From an uncultured Verrucomicrobiae bacterium (GTDB lineage: Bacteria; Verrucomicrobiota; Verrucomicrobiia; Chthoniobacterales; JAFAMB01): 64,000 nt of DNA. Position numbers and translations under genes: made by a program. Location of the stretch: assembly GCA_963837955.1 (NCBI GenBank), contig CAWIPH010000002.1, positions 2,528,001 to 2,592,000 on the forward strand, given 5' to 3'. Every line of letters starts with the position of its first letter. Within the stretch, counting starts at the first letter, position 1. Below, one piece after another: positions 27,612 to 37,815 of the stretch. The notes under the pieces were generated by a model. The model saw only the letters and a program-made list of their open reading frames with translations. It did not search any database and was not told the DNA's origin.

Positions 27612-28595
27612 ATGAAGGTTTTGGTTACAGGAAGCGCTGGGCACCTTGGCGAAGCGCTGGTCCGCACTCTGCAGGAGATGAAACACCAGGTCATTGGTGT
27701 TGATATTCGTGAAACTCGGTTCACCACCAACGTCTGCTCGATCATTGACCGACCTTGCGTGAAGGGGTGCATCAATGGCGTGGACGCCGTCTTCCACACC
27801 GCCACTCTGCACAAGCCTCATGTTGTCACCCACAGTCGGCAGGACTTCATCGACACCAACGTCACCGGCACGCTCAATCTGCTCGAAGAAGCGATAGCGG
27901 CAGGTGTCAAGTCGTTCGTCTTCACGAGCACAACCAGCGTTTTCGGTGATGCCCTTGTGCCGCCGCCCGGAGCGCCGGCGACTTGGGTGACCGAGGATGT
28001 TACGCCCGTTCCCAAAAATATCTATGGTGTGACCAAAGTGGCGGCGGAGGACCTTTGCCAGCTATTCCACAGGAACCACGGGCTTGCCTGCATCGTGCTC
28101 AGGACGTCGCGATTTTTTCCCGAAGTGGACGACAACAAAGTCGTGCGCGAGACCTACGCCGACGACAATGTCAAGACGAACGAATATCTCTTCCGGCGCG
28201 TAGATATCGAAGACGTCGTCAGTGCGCATGTGCTGGCGGCTGACCGCGCACCCGCAATCGGTTTTGGCCGATACATAATCAGTGCAACCACGCCGTTCCT
28301 GCCTGACGATTTAAGAGACTTGCGTGCGGACGGACCGTTGGCCGTGCGGCGGCGCGTTCCGGGCTACGAAACCGAGTATAAACGACGGGGCTGGAAGATG
28401 TTTCCGAGCATTGAGAGAGTGTATGTCAATTCTCGGGCCCGAAGCGATCTCGGTTGGCGACCCCGTTTTGATTTCAGCTATGTTGTCGAGCGTCTGAGAG
28501 CGGAAGATGATCCGAGAAGTCGTCTGGCGCGGATCATCGGGTCAAAGGGATACCATGCTGAGGCATTTGCCGAGGGACCTTATCCTGTAGGATGA
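27612..28595 (+). CDS. NAD-dependent epimerase/dehydratase
   Basis: VLVTGSAGHLG, HTATLHKPH, YGVTK (YxxxK). Confidence 0.9.
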   Translation: MKVLVTGSAGHLGEALVRTLQEMKHQVIGVDIRETRFTTNVCSIIDRPCVKGCINGVDAVFHTATLHKPHVVTHSRQDFIDTNVTGTLNLLEEAIAAGVKSFVFTSTTSVFGDALVPPPGAPATWVTEDVTPVPKNIYGVTKVAAEDLCQLFHRNHGLACIVLRTSRFFPEVDDNKVVRETYADDNVKTNEYLFRRVDIEDVVSAHVLAADRAPAIGFGRYIISATTPFLPDDLRDLRADGPLAVRRRVPGYETEYKRRGWKMFPSIERVYVNSRARSDLGWRPRFDFSYVVERLRAEDDPRSRLARIIGSKGYHAEAFAEGPYPVG

Positions 28596-28761
28596 ACCGT
28601 TCCGCATACGCTTAAGGCCGCGCGATAAGTGCAGCTACTGTCGAGGCTTGCACCTGGTGATGGTGACGGTTTGGCCCCGCAAGGGGACGATCTCTTAGTA
28701 ACCGAAAAACCTTGCTGACATAGCATTGTCAGTGATTTGCTCCATGGTGCAGCTCAGTTCA

Positions 28762-29565
28762 ATGAGCACATCGAAAAATATCCCGTTTGAGGGGGAAGAG
28801 TTCGCTGGCAAACGAGCGCTCGTCACAGGTGGAACCAAAGGTATCGGAGGAGCAATCGTTAAGCGTCTTAGGCGCGGAGCAGCGACGGTTATTACGACAG
28901 CCCGCTCTATCCCGGACGACCTGCAAGACCGTGACCTGTTCGTCCAAGCCGACATCAGCACGACCGAGGGTATCGAAAAAGTCATTCAAGCTATCGCGGA
29001 GCGCCTTGGCGGCGTGGATATTCTGGTCCACAATGTCGGCGGCTCATCCGCTCCAGGCGGTGGAGTTCTCGCGTTGAACGATGACCACTGGCAGGCTGCC
29101 CTAAACCAAAATTTGCTGTCTGCCGTTCGCCTGGACCGAGCGTTGCTGCCCTCCATGCTGAAACAGGGTTCCGGCGTCATTGTCCATATCTCTTCCATCC
29201 AGCGACGCCTCCCGCTTTTCGAGGCCACTTTAGCGTATGCGGCGGCCAAGGCGGCATTGACCAACTACAGCAAGGGACTGTCCAATGAAGTCGGCCCCAA
29301 AGGAGTTCGGGTCAATACTGTTGCCCCTGGTTTTATCGAAACGACAGCCGCACAGGCTCTCATCGAGCGGTTGGCCCAGAATGCCGGGACCAACCGAGAA
29401 ACCGCGTTGCAAAGTCTGATGGATTCATTAGGAGGCATTCCAATTGGACGCCCCGGCCGGCCCGAGGAAGTCGCTGAACTGGTCGCCTTCCTGGTTTCTG
29501 ATCGCGCTGCATCGATCAATGGAAGTGAATACGTCATCGACGGAGGAACCATTCCGACGGTCTAA
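28762..29565 (+). CDS. Classical SDR oxidoreductase
   Basis: [25 protein letters not shown]. Confidence 0.92.
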   Translation: MSTSKNIPFEGEEFAGKRALVTGGTKGIGGAIVKRLRRGAATVITTARSIPDDLQDRDLFVQADISTTEGIEKVIQAIAERLGGVDILVHNVGGSSAPGGGVLALNDDHWQAALNQNLLSAVRLDRALLPSMLKQGSGVIVHISSIQRRLPLFEATLAYAAAKAALTNYSKGLSNEVGPKGVRVNTVAPGFIETTAAQALIERLAQNAGTNRETALQSLMDSLGGIPIGRPGRPEEVAELVAFLVSDRAASINGSEYVIDGGTIPTV

Positions 29566-29613
29566 CCGTAAGAAATCATGCGGAAGCTCACTGATTACTA
29601 ATTCAGAAAAGCT

Positions 29614-29946
29614 ATGATTAAAAAAATAGACATACCCCCAACTATCGCGGCCTTTGTCCAAGCGGAGAACCAGCGCGACAGCAGCGCCGTGGCCGCCTGT
29701 TTTACTGGCAATGCCGTCGTTCATGACGAGGGAAGTGAGATGCGTGGCAAGACTGCGATTAAGGAGTGGATCGACAACACTTTTAAGAAGTATCAATTTA
29801 CCATTGAACCGGCCGGCATCGCCAAAGGCGACAACAAGATCATCCTCAATGCCACGCTCACCGGCGACTTTCCCGGAAGTCCAATCTCGTTAGATTTTCA
29901 GTTCACCATCCAAGAGGACAAGATCGCCACCTTAATCATTCGATAA
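29614..29946 (+). CDS. SnoaL-like/NTF2 family protein
   Basis: CFTGNAVVHDEG...GDFPGSPI. Confidence 0.85.
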   Translation: MIKKIDIPPTIAAFVQAENQRDSSAVAACFTGNAVVHDEGSEMRGKTAIKEWIDNTFKKYQFTIEPAGIAKGDNKIILNATLTGDFPGSPISLDFQFTIQEDKIATLIIR

Positions 29947-30232
29947 CTGACACCGAGCGGGGAAGCCGAGGCGAACGCTGGCGTCACGTTTTAGGTGGAC
30001 GGCAGAGTTTACGACCGCTAGTTCAGCAGAATTCCAACGCTCCTGGCGCGAAGGCAAGGGCGCCGTTTGGGCATGGCTCGCGTCGCATGACCTTCAATCC
30101 GTGGGCCATGCGACTATTTCTACATTTTTTCTTAGAAAACGAACTCTACTTTACTCCAGCTGCCAGGAACGGACTTCCCTAAGGCGACGCTCCGTCTTGT
30201 GGCGCACGACAAGTAGCAGTATGGGTGCGCGC

Positions 30233-30850
30233 ATGCTGCTGGATCATTTGAAAGCAAACAACCGGGCCTGGGCGGACCGGATGGTTTCCGACGATGCCGA
30301 CTTTTTCAGGCGGCTCGAGCGCCAGCAGGCACCGAAGTATCTATGGATCGGCTGCTCCGATAGCCGGGTGCCTGCCAACGAGATTGTGGGCCTCGACCCC
30401 GGCGAACTCTTCGTGCACCGAAACGTCGCAAACCTTGCCCCGCCGCAGGACGCCAACTATCTGTCTGTGCTGCAGTTTGCAGTCGACGTGTTGAAGGTGC
30501 AGCACATCATGGTAGTGGGGCACTACGGCTGTGGCGGAGTGAGCGCGGCTGTGGACGGCAAACGGCGGGGTCTGGTGGACCACTGGCTGCACCCTATCCG
30601 CGAGATCTTCCATGAGCACCGTCAAGAGCTTGACGCGATGCCAGATCGGCATGCTCGCCTCGACCGTTTATGTGAACTCAATGTTATCCGACAAGTGAGA
30701 AACGTAGCGTCTGACGTATTCCTGCAGGAGGCGTGGGCCCGCGGTCAGGACCTCCGCGTCCACGGCTGGGTCTATTCCCTGGCCAACGGCTTAGTGAAAG
30801 ACCTGGACGTAACGATCAGTCAGCTGGAAGGGATCGAGCGGCTGCGGTAA
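30233..30850 (+). CDS. can: Beta-class carbonic anhydrase
   Basis: WIGCSDSRVPAN, GELFVHRNVAN, GHYGCGG Zn ligands. Confidence 0.95.
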   Translation: MLLDHLKANNRAWADRMVSDDADFFRRLERQQAPKYLWIGCSDSRVPANEIVGLDPGELFVHRNVANLAPPQDANYLSVLQFAVDVLKVQHIMVVGHYGCGGVSAAVDGKRRGLVDHWLHPIREIFHEHRQELDAMPDRHARLDRLCELNVIRQVRNVASDVFLQEAWARGQDLRVHGWVYSLANGLVKDLDVTISQLEGIERLR

Positions 30851-31014
30851 GCACAGGGTCCAGGCTGCGCCGGTGGAGACAGCAACATGGTCGCGGTGCC
30901 AGGGTTCGACGCTCAAATTCGTGATTCGAAATGAAGTAAAAATGCGCGTTGGGAGTTGCGCGTATCCCCTTCTCGAATACGAATGAAAGCGTGCAGGCGA
31001 ACGCGCGCAGCTTG

Positions 31015-31782
31015 GTGAAAGTTTTCGAGCAGGGACCGAGCCCAGCTCTGCGGCCGTTCATCCAACGTTTCCTTGTGGTGGAATTTCCATCCCTTCACCG
31101 CGATACGCACCTGCCGGATACCAGCCCGGTCGCGGCATTTTCTTTCCGGGGAGGTTGTCGCATCGACGGAGGCCGGTGGGCGCCGCCGACCGCCTTTACC
31201 GGCCTGTACGAAAGGTTGCGCGTCCACGAACATTGCGATGAGCACGCGGTGCTGTTGGCGACCTTTACGCCGGTGGGGGCCACCGCCTTCTTGCGTCCGT
31301 CGCTGCAGGAGTTTTCCGGGACAACCACCGATCTCGCTGGCATCCTTGGTCGCCCGGAAGAACTCGACCGGCTTCACGAACAACTTGTCAGAGTCCAAAA
31401 CCACGAACGACGCATAAAGCTGCTGGAGGATTTCCTGCTCGCCCGGGTTCGTGTTTCCGCGCCTGATGCGCTCGTAACCGCTGCTGTGGCTTGGCTTGAG
31501 CGGGGAACGGGAACCAGACGAATCGACGATCTGACGCGGTATATCGGTTTGAGCCAGAGTGCGCTCGAGCGCCGTTTTCGGCGGGTTGTCGGAGTTTCGC
31601 CCAAGAAGTTCGCCTCCTTGGTGCGGCTGCGACGCGCAGTGCGACTGCGGGCCACCGGTGCCGGATTTACCGCGGCGGCGCACGCCGCGGGCTACTTCGA
31701 CCAGTCGCATTTTATCAACGATTTTCGCCGGGCAACCGGCAGCGCGCCGGACGCGTTCTTCCGCCAAGCCTCGGCGAATTAG
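31015..31782 (+). CDS. AraC family transcriptional regulator
   Basis: PSPALRPFI N-terminus; LERRFRRVVGVSPK; AGYFDQSHFINDFR; start uncertain. Confidence 0.88.
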   Translation: MKVFEQGPSPALRPFIQRFLVVEFPSLHRDTHLPDTSPVAAFSFRGGCRIDGGRWAPPTAFTGLYERLRVHEHCDEHAVLLATFTPVGATAFLRPSLQEFSGTTTDLAGILGRPEELDRLHEQLVRVQNHERRIKLLEDFLLARVRVSAPDALVTAAVAWLERGTGTRRIDDLTRYIGLSQSALERRFRRVVGVSPKKFASLVRLRRAVRLRATGAGFTAAAHAAGYFDQSHFINDFRRATGSAPDAFFRQASAN

Positions 31783-31834
31783 AACGCCGAATTCTTACAA
31801 TACGCTGCGGCGTCCCTGCGGTAAGGGTGGGGGC

Positions 31835-32305
31835 ATGGACGCTCTCTTTCGCTGTCGGGTCACGTCAAAACGCTGGCCCCGCCTGATGCTGGTGCTCGCC
31901 GCCCTGTTCTCGGAGATCAGCCTGCCAGCCCAGCCGGCCGACACCCTGTCCGCTGCCAACCAACCAACTGCCGCTATGAAATCGTTCGTCATCATCTTCC
32001 GCCAAAACCCGCTCCCGCTTACCGACGCCGATAAGCAGCGCCGCGCTGAGGAAACGGCAGCGTGGGCCCGGCGTCAAAACGAGGCCGGCCACAAGCTTGA
32101 TCCCCATATTCTCGCGCCCGAAAGCGCGCATCGCGGGAGTTCTGCCGCCACCCCAGCCGATGCGTGGCCCATCACCGCACTCCTCTTTCTGGAGGCGCAC
32201 GATCTAACCGAGGCCACCCAGGTTGCAGAGTCCCACCCAGCCCTCCGCCACGGGGCTGATGTCGAGGTGCGTCCCTGGGCACCGCCGGTCCCCGTCGCGC
32301 AATAA
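31835..32305 (+). CDS. YciI-like protein with signal-peptide-like N-terminus
   Basis: FVIIFRQ...LFLEAHDLTEATQVAESHP...VEVRPW; DGPF motif absent. Confidence 0.65.
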   Translation: MDALFRCRVTSKRWPRLMLVLAALFSEISLPAQPADTLSAANQPTAAMKSFVIIFRQNPLPLTDADKQRRAEETAAWARRQNEAGHKLDPHILAPESAHRGSSAATPADAWPITALLFLEAHDLTEATQVAESHPALRHGADVEVRPWAPPVPVAQ

Positions 32306-32473
32306 GAGTAGCCTGATAGCTCCGCCTCAGGAGAGGCATTGCTCATCGCCGCGCGGCGGTGACGGCGCTGATGGGAGGGATCGCGTCGGCTCGCGCACTA
32401 GAGCTGAAAAGCGTTTGGTACAGTGCGCAGCGCGTGTCCACAGGACTACTTCGAAAAGCAGAACTGCCTTCGT

Positions 32474-33247
32474 TCAGGAATGTGCTGCAATAAAGTTCGC
32501 GAGCCCTTGTTGCAAAGCGGGAGTGGACACCATCTTTGCGAACCCTTCGGCTTCAATCGCTAATCCTTCGTCAATTGTGGTGTTGAGCCCGCGCTGCACA
32601 GCATGAATGCAAACCGCCACTGCTTCCGGCGCAAAACGGGCGATTCGCTGGCCGAGTCCAACGGCTTCATCAATGAGGTTTTCTTTTGGTACGATCGCAT
32701 TGATCAGTCCGTTCTCCTTTGCTTGGGCTGCATTGATCGAGTCCGCCGTGAGTATCATCTGCAGTGCTCGCTTGCGTCCGAGTAACCGCGGTAATCGCTG
32801 TGTTCCGCCAAAGCATGGAGGCATCCCGAGAGCGATCTCCGCTTTGGCAAAGAGCGCCTCCGAGACCGCGATCGAGAGATGCGTGGCCTCCACGATTTCG
32901 CATCCGCCGCCATAGGCGAGACCGTTTACTGCCGCAATGATTGGTTTCGGGAAATTTTCAATCCGTCTCGTCATGTTTTGACCGCGCCGGACAAAGCGGC
33001 GATAAGCCACTTGGGGTCCTAATCCCACGTCTTTCGAAAACTGGTGGATATCCGCGCCGGCGCTGAAAGCGCGCCCGGACCCGGTGAGAACAACTGCTCG
33101 AATATGATTCTCCTCTTCGATCTGGTCCAACGCTTGGACAATCGAGTCAACGAGTTCGTAGTTCAGAGCATTCAGCTTTGTCGGGCGTTCGAATGTCAGA
33201 ACAGCCACCGATTCACGATCTACACGGGAGAGAACTTTATTGTTCAT
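32474..33247 (-). CDS. Enoyl-CoA hydratase/isomerase (crotonase) family
   Basis: RAFSAGADI, KPIIAAVNGLAYGGGCE, GGTQRLPR. Confidence 0.92.
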   Translation of the reverse strand: MNNKVLSRVDRESVAVLTFERPTKLNALNYELVDSIVQALDQIEEENHIRAVVLTGSGRAFSAGADIHQFSKDVGLGPQVAYRRFVRRGQNMTRRIENFPKPIIAAVNGLAYGGGCEIVEATHLSIAVSEALFAKAEIALGMPPCFGGTQRLPRLLGRKRALQMILTADSINAAQAKENGLINAIVPKENLIDEAVGLGQRIARFAPEAVAVCIHAVQRGLNTTIDEGLAIEAEGFAKMVSTPALQQGLANFIAAHS

Positions 33248-33454
33248 GATCTTACCGATGACTATATCGGTCGAAGCGTATGATAAATACCAAATAGAGG
33301 CGGGGACCGTTCGTCTTTCAACCAGCAGCAAGAACAAATGTTTGAGACACGCCGCGATGCTTGAAAGGTCTCCAAGAGTCCTTGAACAGGAGGAAACAGA
33401 GGAAAAGGAAAGTTAGCTTGCTTTGGAAGTTCTCCGCCGCAGATCTCTGCCTGA

Positions 33455-34360
33455 CTACGCTCGACCGTCGCGAAACGCCCTTCGCGCCGCAACGAGAAAC
33501 GCGCTCATAATTGGGTTAAGATAATCAGTTCGATGGGCAAGCTCGATATTAGTTGAGATCGGACAACTGGTTAACTCACGGCAGACTACACCAGGTGTTT
33601 TGATCGTCGCTACGCAGGCGGGAGTTATCGAGATCCCTAGTCCGGAACTAACCAGTCTCAGGACCACGAGCCATTCAGGCGCTTCTTGCACAATTTTCGG
33701 ACGGAACCCAGCGAGCTCGCAGAGTTCAATCGTCTTGTCCCAAGCTAACGGTCCGAACTCCCGCGGAAACAAAACCAGCGGTTCTCCTTTGAGCGCGATC
33801 AGCGAGACCTTCTTCCGTTGAGCCAGCGGATGCTTCTCGGGTAACGCCACAACATATCTTTCGGCTAAGATAGTTTCCACCGATAGGCCATCGCTAGGGC
33901 CTGCATCTCGTAAGAAGCCGATGTCCACTGGTCCTTGTCGAATAGCCTCGATGAGGCGGCTGGTCATTAGCTCGCGCAGGCGCAACTCGACCTGAGGATA
34001 CTTCAAACGGTAGCTGCCCAAGAGCCCGGGCAGAACAGTCAACATGGCGGAACCGATAAAGCCGACCGTCAAGGATCCCATTTCTCCGCGTCCCACTCTT
34101 CGCACGGTTTCTACGTCTTCCTCCAGCCGTTTTAGAATAGGGCGGGCGAGCTCCAGCAAGGTCTCGCCGGCTTGGGTCAACGCAACTGTCCGCGAGTTTC
34201 GGTTAAACAAGGCATGACCGATATGCTGCTCAAGTTGCCGAATCTGTTGCGAGAGCGGCGGCTGAGCAATTCTTAGCCGCTTCGCCGCCCGGCTAAAATG
34301 CAGCTCTTCCGCTACGGCGACAAAGTAACGGAGATGGCGTAACTCGATCGCGGAATTCAT
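33455..34360 (-). CDS. LysR family transcriptional regulator
   Basis: ELRHLRYFVAVAEELHFSRAAKRLRIAQPPLSQQI. Confidence 0.95.
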   Translation of the reverse strand: MNSAIELRHLRYFVAVAEELHFSRAAKRLRIAQPPLSQQIRQLEQHIGHALFNRNSRTVALTQAGETLLELARPILKRLEEDVETVRRVGRGEMGSLTVGFIGSAMLTVLPGLLGSYRLKYPQVELRLRELMTSRLIEAIRQGPVDIGFLRDAGPSDGLSVETILAERYVVALPEKHPLAQRKKVSLIALKGEPLVLFPREFGPLAWDKTIELCELAGFRPKIVQEAPEWLVVLRLVSSGLGISITPACVATIKTPGVVCRELTSCPISTNIELAHRTDYLNPIMSAFLVAARRAFRDGRA

Positions 34361-34373
34361 ATTTAAAACGTCT
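34359..34373 (-). promoter_or_regulatory. Possible LysR autoregulatory box
   Basis: AGAC-N7-ATAT overlapping the start codon, at the same position as the box at 41545. Confidence 0.35.
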
Positions 34374-34443
34374 CAATCACTGGAAATCAAATATTAGACG
34401 TATGGTCGCGCACTGTCTAGTTTCGTGAGCAGGAGAAGTTTTC

Positions 34444-35052
34444 ATGCCGAACAAAGAGGTGACGAAAAAAGCAGGTGACGATCACGCAACCACCCAAAAC
34501 GCGTACTCAATACACCAGGCAAAACCAGAGGACCTCCCGATCGCTTTCCTGCTGGTGGCTGAATATTTTCAGGAGGTCGATGTGATGGTCCGCGATTCGA
34601 AAGAGGAATTTGCCGACTATTTAGGCGGCGATGGTGACGGTGTCTGGCTGGCGTTGGCCAATGAAGAGCCGGTTGGTTGCATCGTCCTCCGCGGACTCGA
34701 TTCGCCGCCGGCAAGTGGCGAGGTCAAGCGCCTCTACGTTCGAGCCGCCCACCGCAAACGGGGGTTAGCCGATAGATTACTGCGGACTCTGGAACAATAT
34801 GCAATCCAAGTAGGATACGAGTGGCTGTACTTGGATACTAAGGACGATCTCGAGAACGCGATTCGCTTTTACAAACGGCACGGCTATGAATGCTGTGACC
34901 GCTATAATAGTAATCCTCAAGCAACTATCTTCATGCGGAAACAACTGGCCTTGCGGGAACGGCGATTCACCAGCGCATCGAGAGTTATCACCTCGGATTT
35001 CCGCGTAACGGACTCACGGATTTTACGTTCGCGGCCGCCCGTTCAGGACTGA
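34444..35052 (+). CDS. GNAT family N-acetyltransferase
   Basis: GEVKRLYVRAAHRKRGLA, LYLDT, AIRFYKRHGY. Confidence 0.88.
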   Translation: MPNKEVTKKAGDDHATTQNAYSIHQAKPEDLPIAFLLVAEYFQEVDVMVRDSKEEFADYLGGDGDGVWLALANEEPVGCIVLRGLDSPPASGEVKRLYVRAAHRKRGLADRLLRTLEQYAIQVGYEWLYLDTKDDLENAIRFYKRHGYECCDRYNSNPQATIFMRKQLALRERRFTSASRVITSDFRVTDSRILRSRPPVQD

Positions 35053-35084
35053 ACGGAACAAGTTCTACAAAAGGTCGCAGAGCG

Positions 35085-35234
35085 AGATTTTTGAACAGGA
35101 GGTCGCAGAGATCTCAAAGAAGGCAGTACCTAGTCAAAACGTAATGCTCAGGTCGCCGCGCCTTTTCAGTAATGCGAGCGGTAAAAACCGAAACCCCTCT
35201 TTGTGATCTTTGCGATCTCTCTGTTTAAAATTCT
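35085..35234. repeat. REPIN-like inverted-repeat pair
   Basis: AGATTTTTGAACAGGAGGTCGCAGAGATCTCAAAGA ... TCTTTGTGATCTTTGCGATCTCTCTGTTTAAAATTCT; related to the middle arms of the 16.2 kb element. Confidence 0.65.
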
Positions 35235-35260
35235 GTCTTCGTGTCCTCCTGTTGAACCCA

Positions 35261-35420
35261 TGGTGTTCATTGTCTTTTGCTGGCGTTCGTTGTCGTTCGC
35301 TGGTGTTCATTGTCTTTTGCTGGCGTTCGTTGTCGTTCGCTGACGTTCGTTGGTGTTCATTGTCTTTTGCTGACGTTCGTTCCCGTTCGCTGACGTTCGT
35401 TGGTGTTCATTGTCTTTTTC
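35261..35420. repeat. Tandem array of 16 x 10-bp degenerate units
   Basis: Units TGGTGTTCAT, TGTCTTTTGC, TGGCGTTCGT, TGTCGTTCGC, TGACGTTCGT in exact 10-bp phase. Confidence 0.9.
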
Positions 35421-35596
35421 CGGGGCCAAATCTGCGGTTCGGACAACGATTACGGCCACTGGGACAAAAGGGGGCCGGTCTCTGAATGGGCAGCGTTTAT
35501 TAGGTTCAATCGCGTAACCCTGCGAGGATAACAAACCCTTCCGTCTCAAGCTCAATGCACAAGGCAGTTTCGTCTTCTTTAATATTCCACTGAAAT

Positions 35597-36631
35597 ATGA
35601 AAGCACTACGTTTCTACGGAAATAAAGACCTGCGCGTCGAAGAAATCGCCGCTCCAAAGGGATGCGGTCCGCGACAGGTAATCGTCAAAGTTGCCTGGTG
35701 TGGAATTTGCGGCACCGATCTTCACGAGTACGCGACGGGGCCGATCTTTATGCCGAGGCAGCAAATCCTGGGACATGAATTCTCCGGGACGGTGGTCGAA
35801 GTGGGTTCTGAATCAAAGGAATATCGCGAGGGTGACCGAGTGGCCATCCAACCCCTATTGACGCCGGGAGATGATTATTACTCAGTCCGCGGTCTCGGTC
35901 ATTTGAGCGATCAAAGCGCCTTTGTTGGAATCAGAAATTGGGCTTGGGGAGGAATGGGCGAGTTTGCAGTGCTCAACGATTACAATGTCTTCAAGTTGCC
36001 TGACTCGGTTTCAGACGAACAAGGAGCTCTCGTTGAGCCTGCAGCCGTGACACTGTATGCGGTTGATAACAGCGGCTTACAAGCGGGAAATACGGTATTG
36101 ATCTCGGGAGCTGGAACCATCGGCGCGTTAACAGTACTGTCGGTTAATGCCGCGGGAGCCTCACAGATTTTTGTGGCGGAACCGAACCCAGCTCGCAGAA
36201 AGCTCATAGAATCCTGGGGACTATGTGCTGGGGTGTACGATCCCATTACCGAAGACGTGCCAGCGCGTATCCAGGAACAGACAACCGTTGGCGTCGATGT
36301 CGCGATTGAGTGCGCCGGGAACGAAAACTCCCTTGCTGCTTGTCTTCATTCGGTTCGACGGCAGGGAACCGTTGTTCAAGTGGGACTAGCTACTGCAGCT
36401 TGCCATGTCGATCTGCAGCTCTTGGTGCTGAAAGATGTAACGCTTCGCGGCAGTTTCTGTTACCCGATTTATTCGTGGCCGCGCGTGATCGGTTTAATTG
36501 CCGCTAGAAAACTTCCCGTAGAAAAAACCATCAGCAGCCGCGTTAGCTTGGATGCGGCTGTTCCCGATGGCTTTGAGGTGTTAACTGCGCCGGGAACTGG
36601 TCAGCTCAAGGTCCTCATCCAGCCGGCGTGA
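35597..36631 (+). CDS. Zn-dependent medium-chain dehydrogenase (2,3-butanediol dehydrogenase-like)
   Basis: CGICGTDLHEY, GHEFSG, GAGTIG. Confidence 0.88.
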   Translation: MKALRFYGNKDLRVEEIAAPKGCGPRQVIVKVAWCGICGTDLHEYATGPIFMPRQQILGHEFSGTVVEVGSESKEYREGDRVAIQPLLTPGDDYYSVRGLGHLSDQSAFVGIRNWAWGGMGEFAVLNDYNVFKLPDSVSDEQGALVEPAAVTLYAVDNSGLQAGNTVLISGAGTIGALTVLSVNAAGASQIFVAEPNPARRKLIESWGLCAGVYDPITEDVPARIQEQTTVGVDVAIECAGNENSLAACLHSVRRQGTVVQVGLATAACHVDLQLLVLKDVTLRGSFCYPIYSWPRVIGLIAARKLPVEKTISSRVSLDAAVPDGFEVLTAPGTGQLKVLIQPA

Positions 36632-36648
36632 GAGCAGGAGAAAGAACG

Positions 36649-37660
36649 ATGGATACAATTGATGTACTTTCCGTGGACGCAGAACGGGATGACAACGCGA
36701 AGAAGGCCAAGCTCGAGAATGGTTTTTACAACATTATCGACGGCGAGCAGGTATCTGCCGGTAAAAGACTATCTGTCATCAATCCTGCTACTGGTATGCA
36801 ACTAGCCGCGGTCCCCGATGTAGATCGCGCGTTGTTAATCAAAGCAATCGGTGATGCGCGAAATGCATTTTCAGGATGGGGTGCTGTTCCATTCGGACGC
36901 CGGAAAGCAATATTGGCTAGCTTGCTCAACAAAATAGGAGACCACGCCGATGAATTGTGCTCACTGCTTACGGCAGAACAGGGCGGACCTTTAGCTCAAG
37001 CACAGTGGGAAATCGATCTGCTTACCAAAGCGTTTGGACCGGCCCTCCTGCAAATGGCGCCTCCTGACAAAGAACCAGATGGGCAACCCATGGAGCGGAT
37101 CACGCAGCGTTATGTTCCCATCGATGGCGGCGGCGTAATCAGCCGATGGAATTTGCCAGTTATACTTTCATTTGGGAAGGTGCTCCCAGCGTTACTGGCT
37201 GGTGATACTGTCGTTCTGAGACCGTCTCCACTTATCCCGCTAACCGTACTACGCATCTCAGACTATATTCGTGAATTGCTTCCACCGGGTGTGTTCAATG
37301 TCGTGACCGGCGGTCGTGATCTGTGGCCCTGGATGACGTCCCATTCAGGAATTGACCTTATAACCTTCACTAGATCCACAAACATGAGGAAAGCGCGTAT
37401 CGGCATCTGCTGCTGGCGCGCTTAAACCCGGGACGCTGCAGCTGGGAGGAAATGACTCGAGGGCGGTTGCCAATACTGATCTGGAAAAGATTGCTCTCTT
37501 TGGCCGCATCGCGCTGGTTCCTGTTAACTGCGAGCCCGGACGGTATGGGTTAGCAAGCACGCTCTTTGAAATTCTTTCGTTCCGCCCAGTGCGTATGAGG
37601 ACTCAGGTCTTGGTTTGGAGTTTAGCGAGGAAGGCTTCGAAGACTTTTCCAAACTTCCGA
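36649..37660 (+). pseudogene. Degenerate aldehyde dehydrogenase
   Basis: VINPATG, SRWNLP, FTRST; frameshift to LKPGTLQLGGND; catalytic domain missing; C-terminal remnant SGLGLEFSEEGF in another frame. Confidence 0.8.
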
Positions 37661-37815
37661 TCGAACGCCGGGCACAGTATGGAGGAAAGGCTATGACGCC
37701 GCTGGCGGAACCTCTGGAATCGGGCACGACAGTCGCTTTTGCCGAACAAGGGCGAAACATCGTCGCCGGTCAGGCTCGTCGAGAAGGCTTGCGGTAACCG
37801 CGCGGGAAGCGAATC

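Noticed and set aside
35210..35657. ORFs 35210-35485 (+) and 35307-35657 (-) as repeat proteins
   Set aside because: They arise from a 10-bp (non-triplet) repeat and have no RBS or recognisable domain
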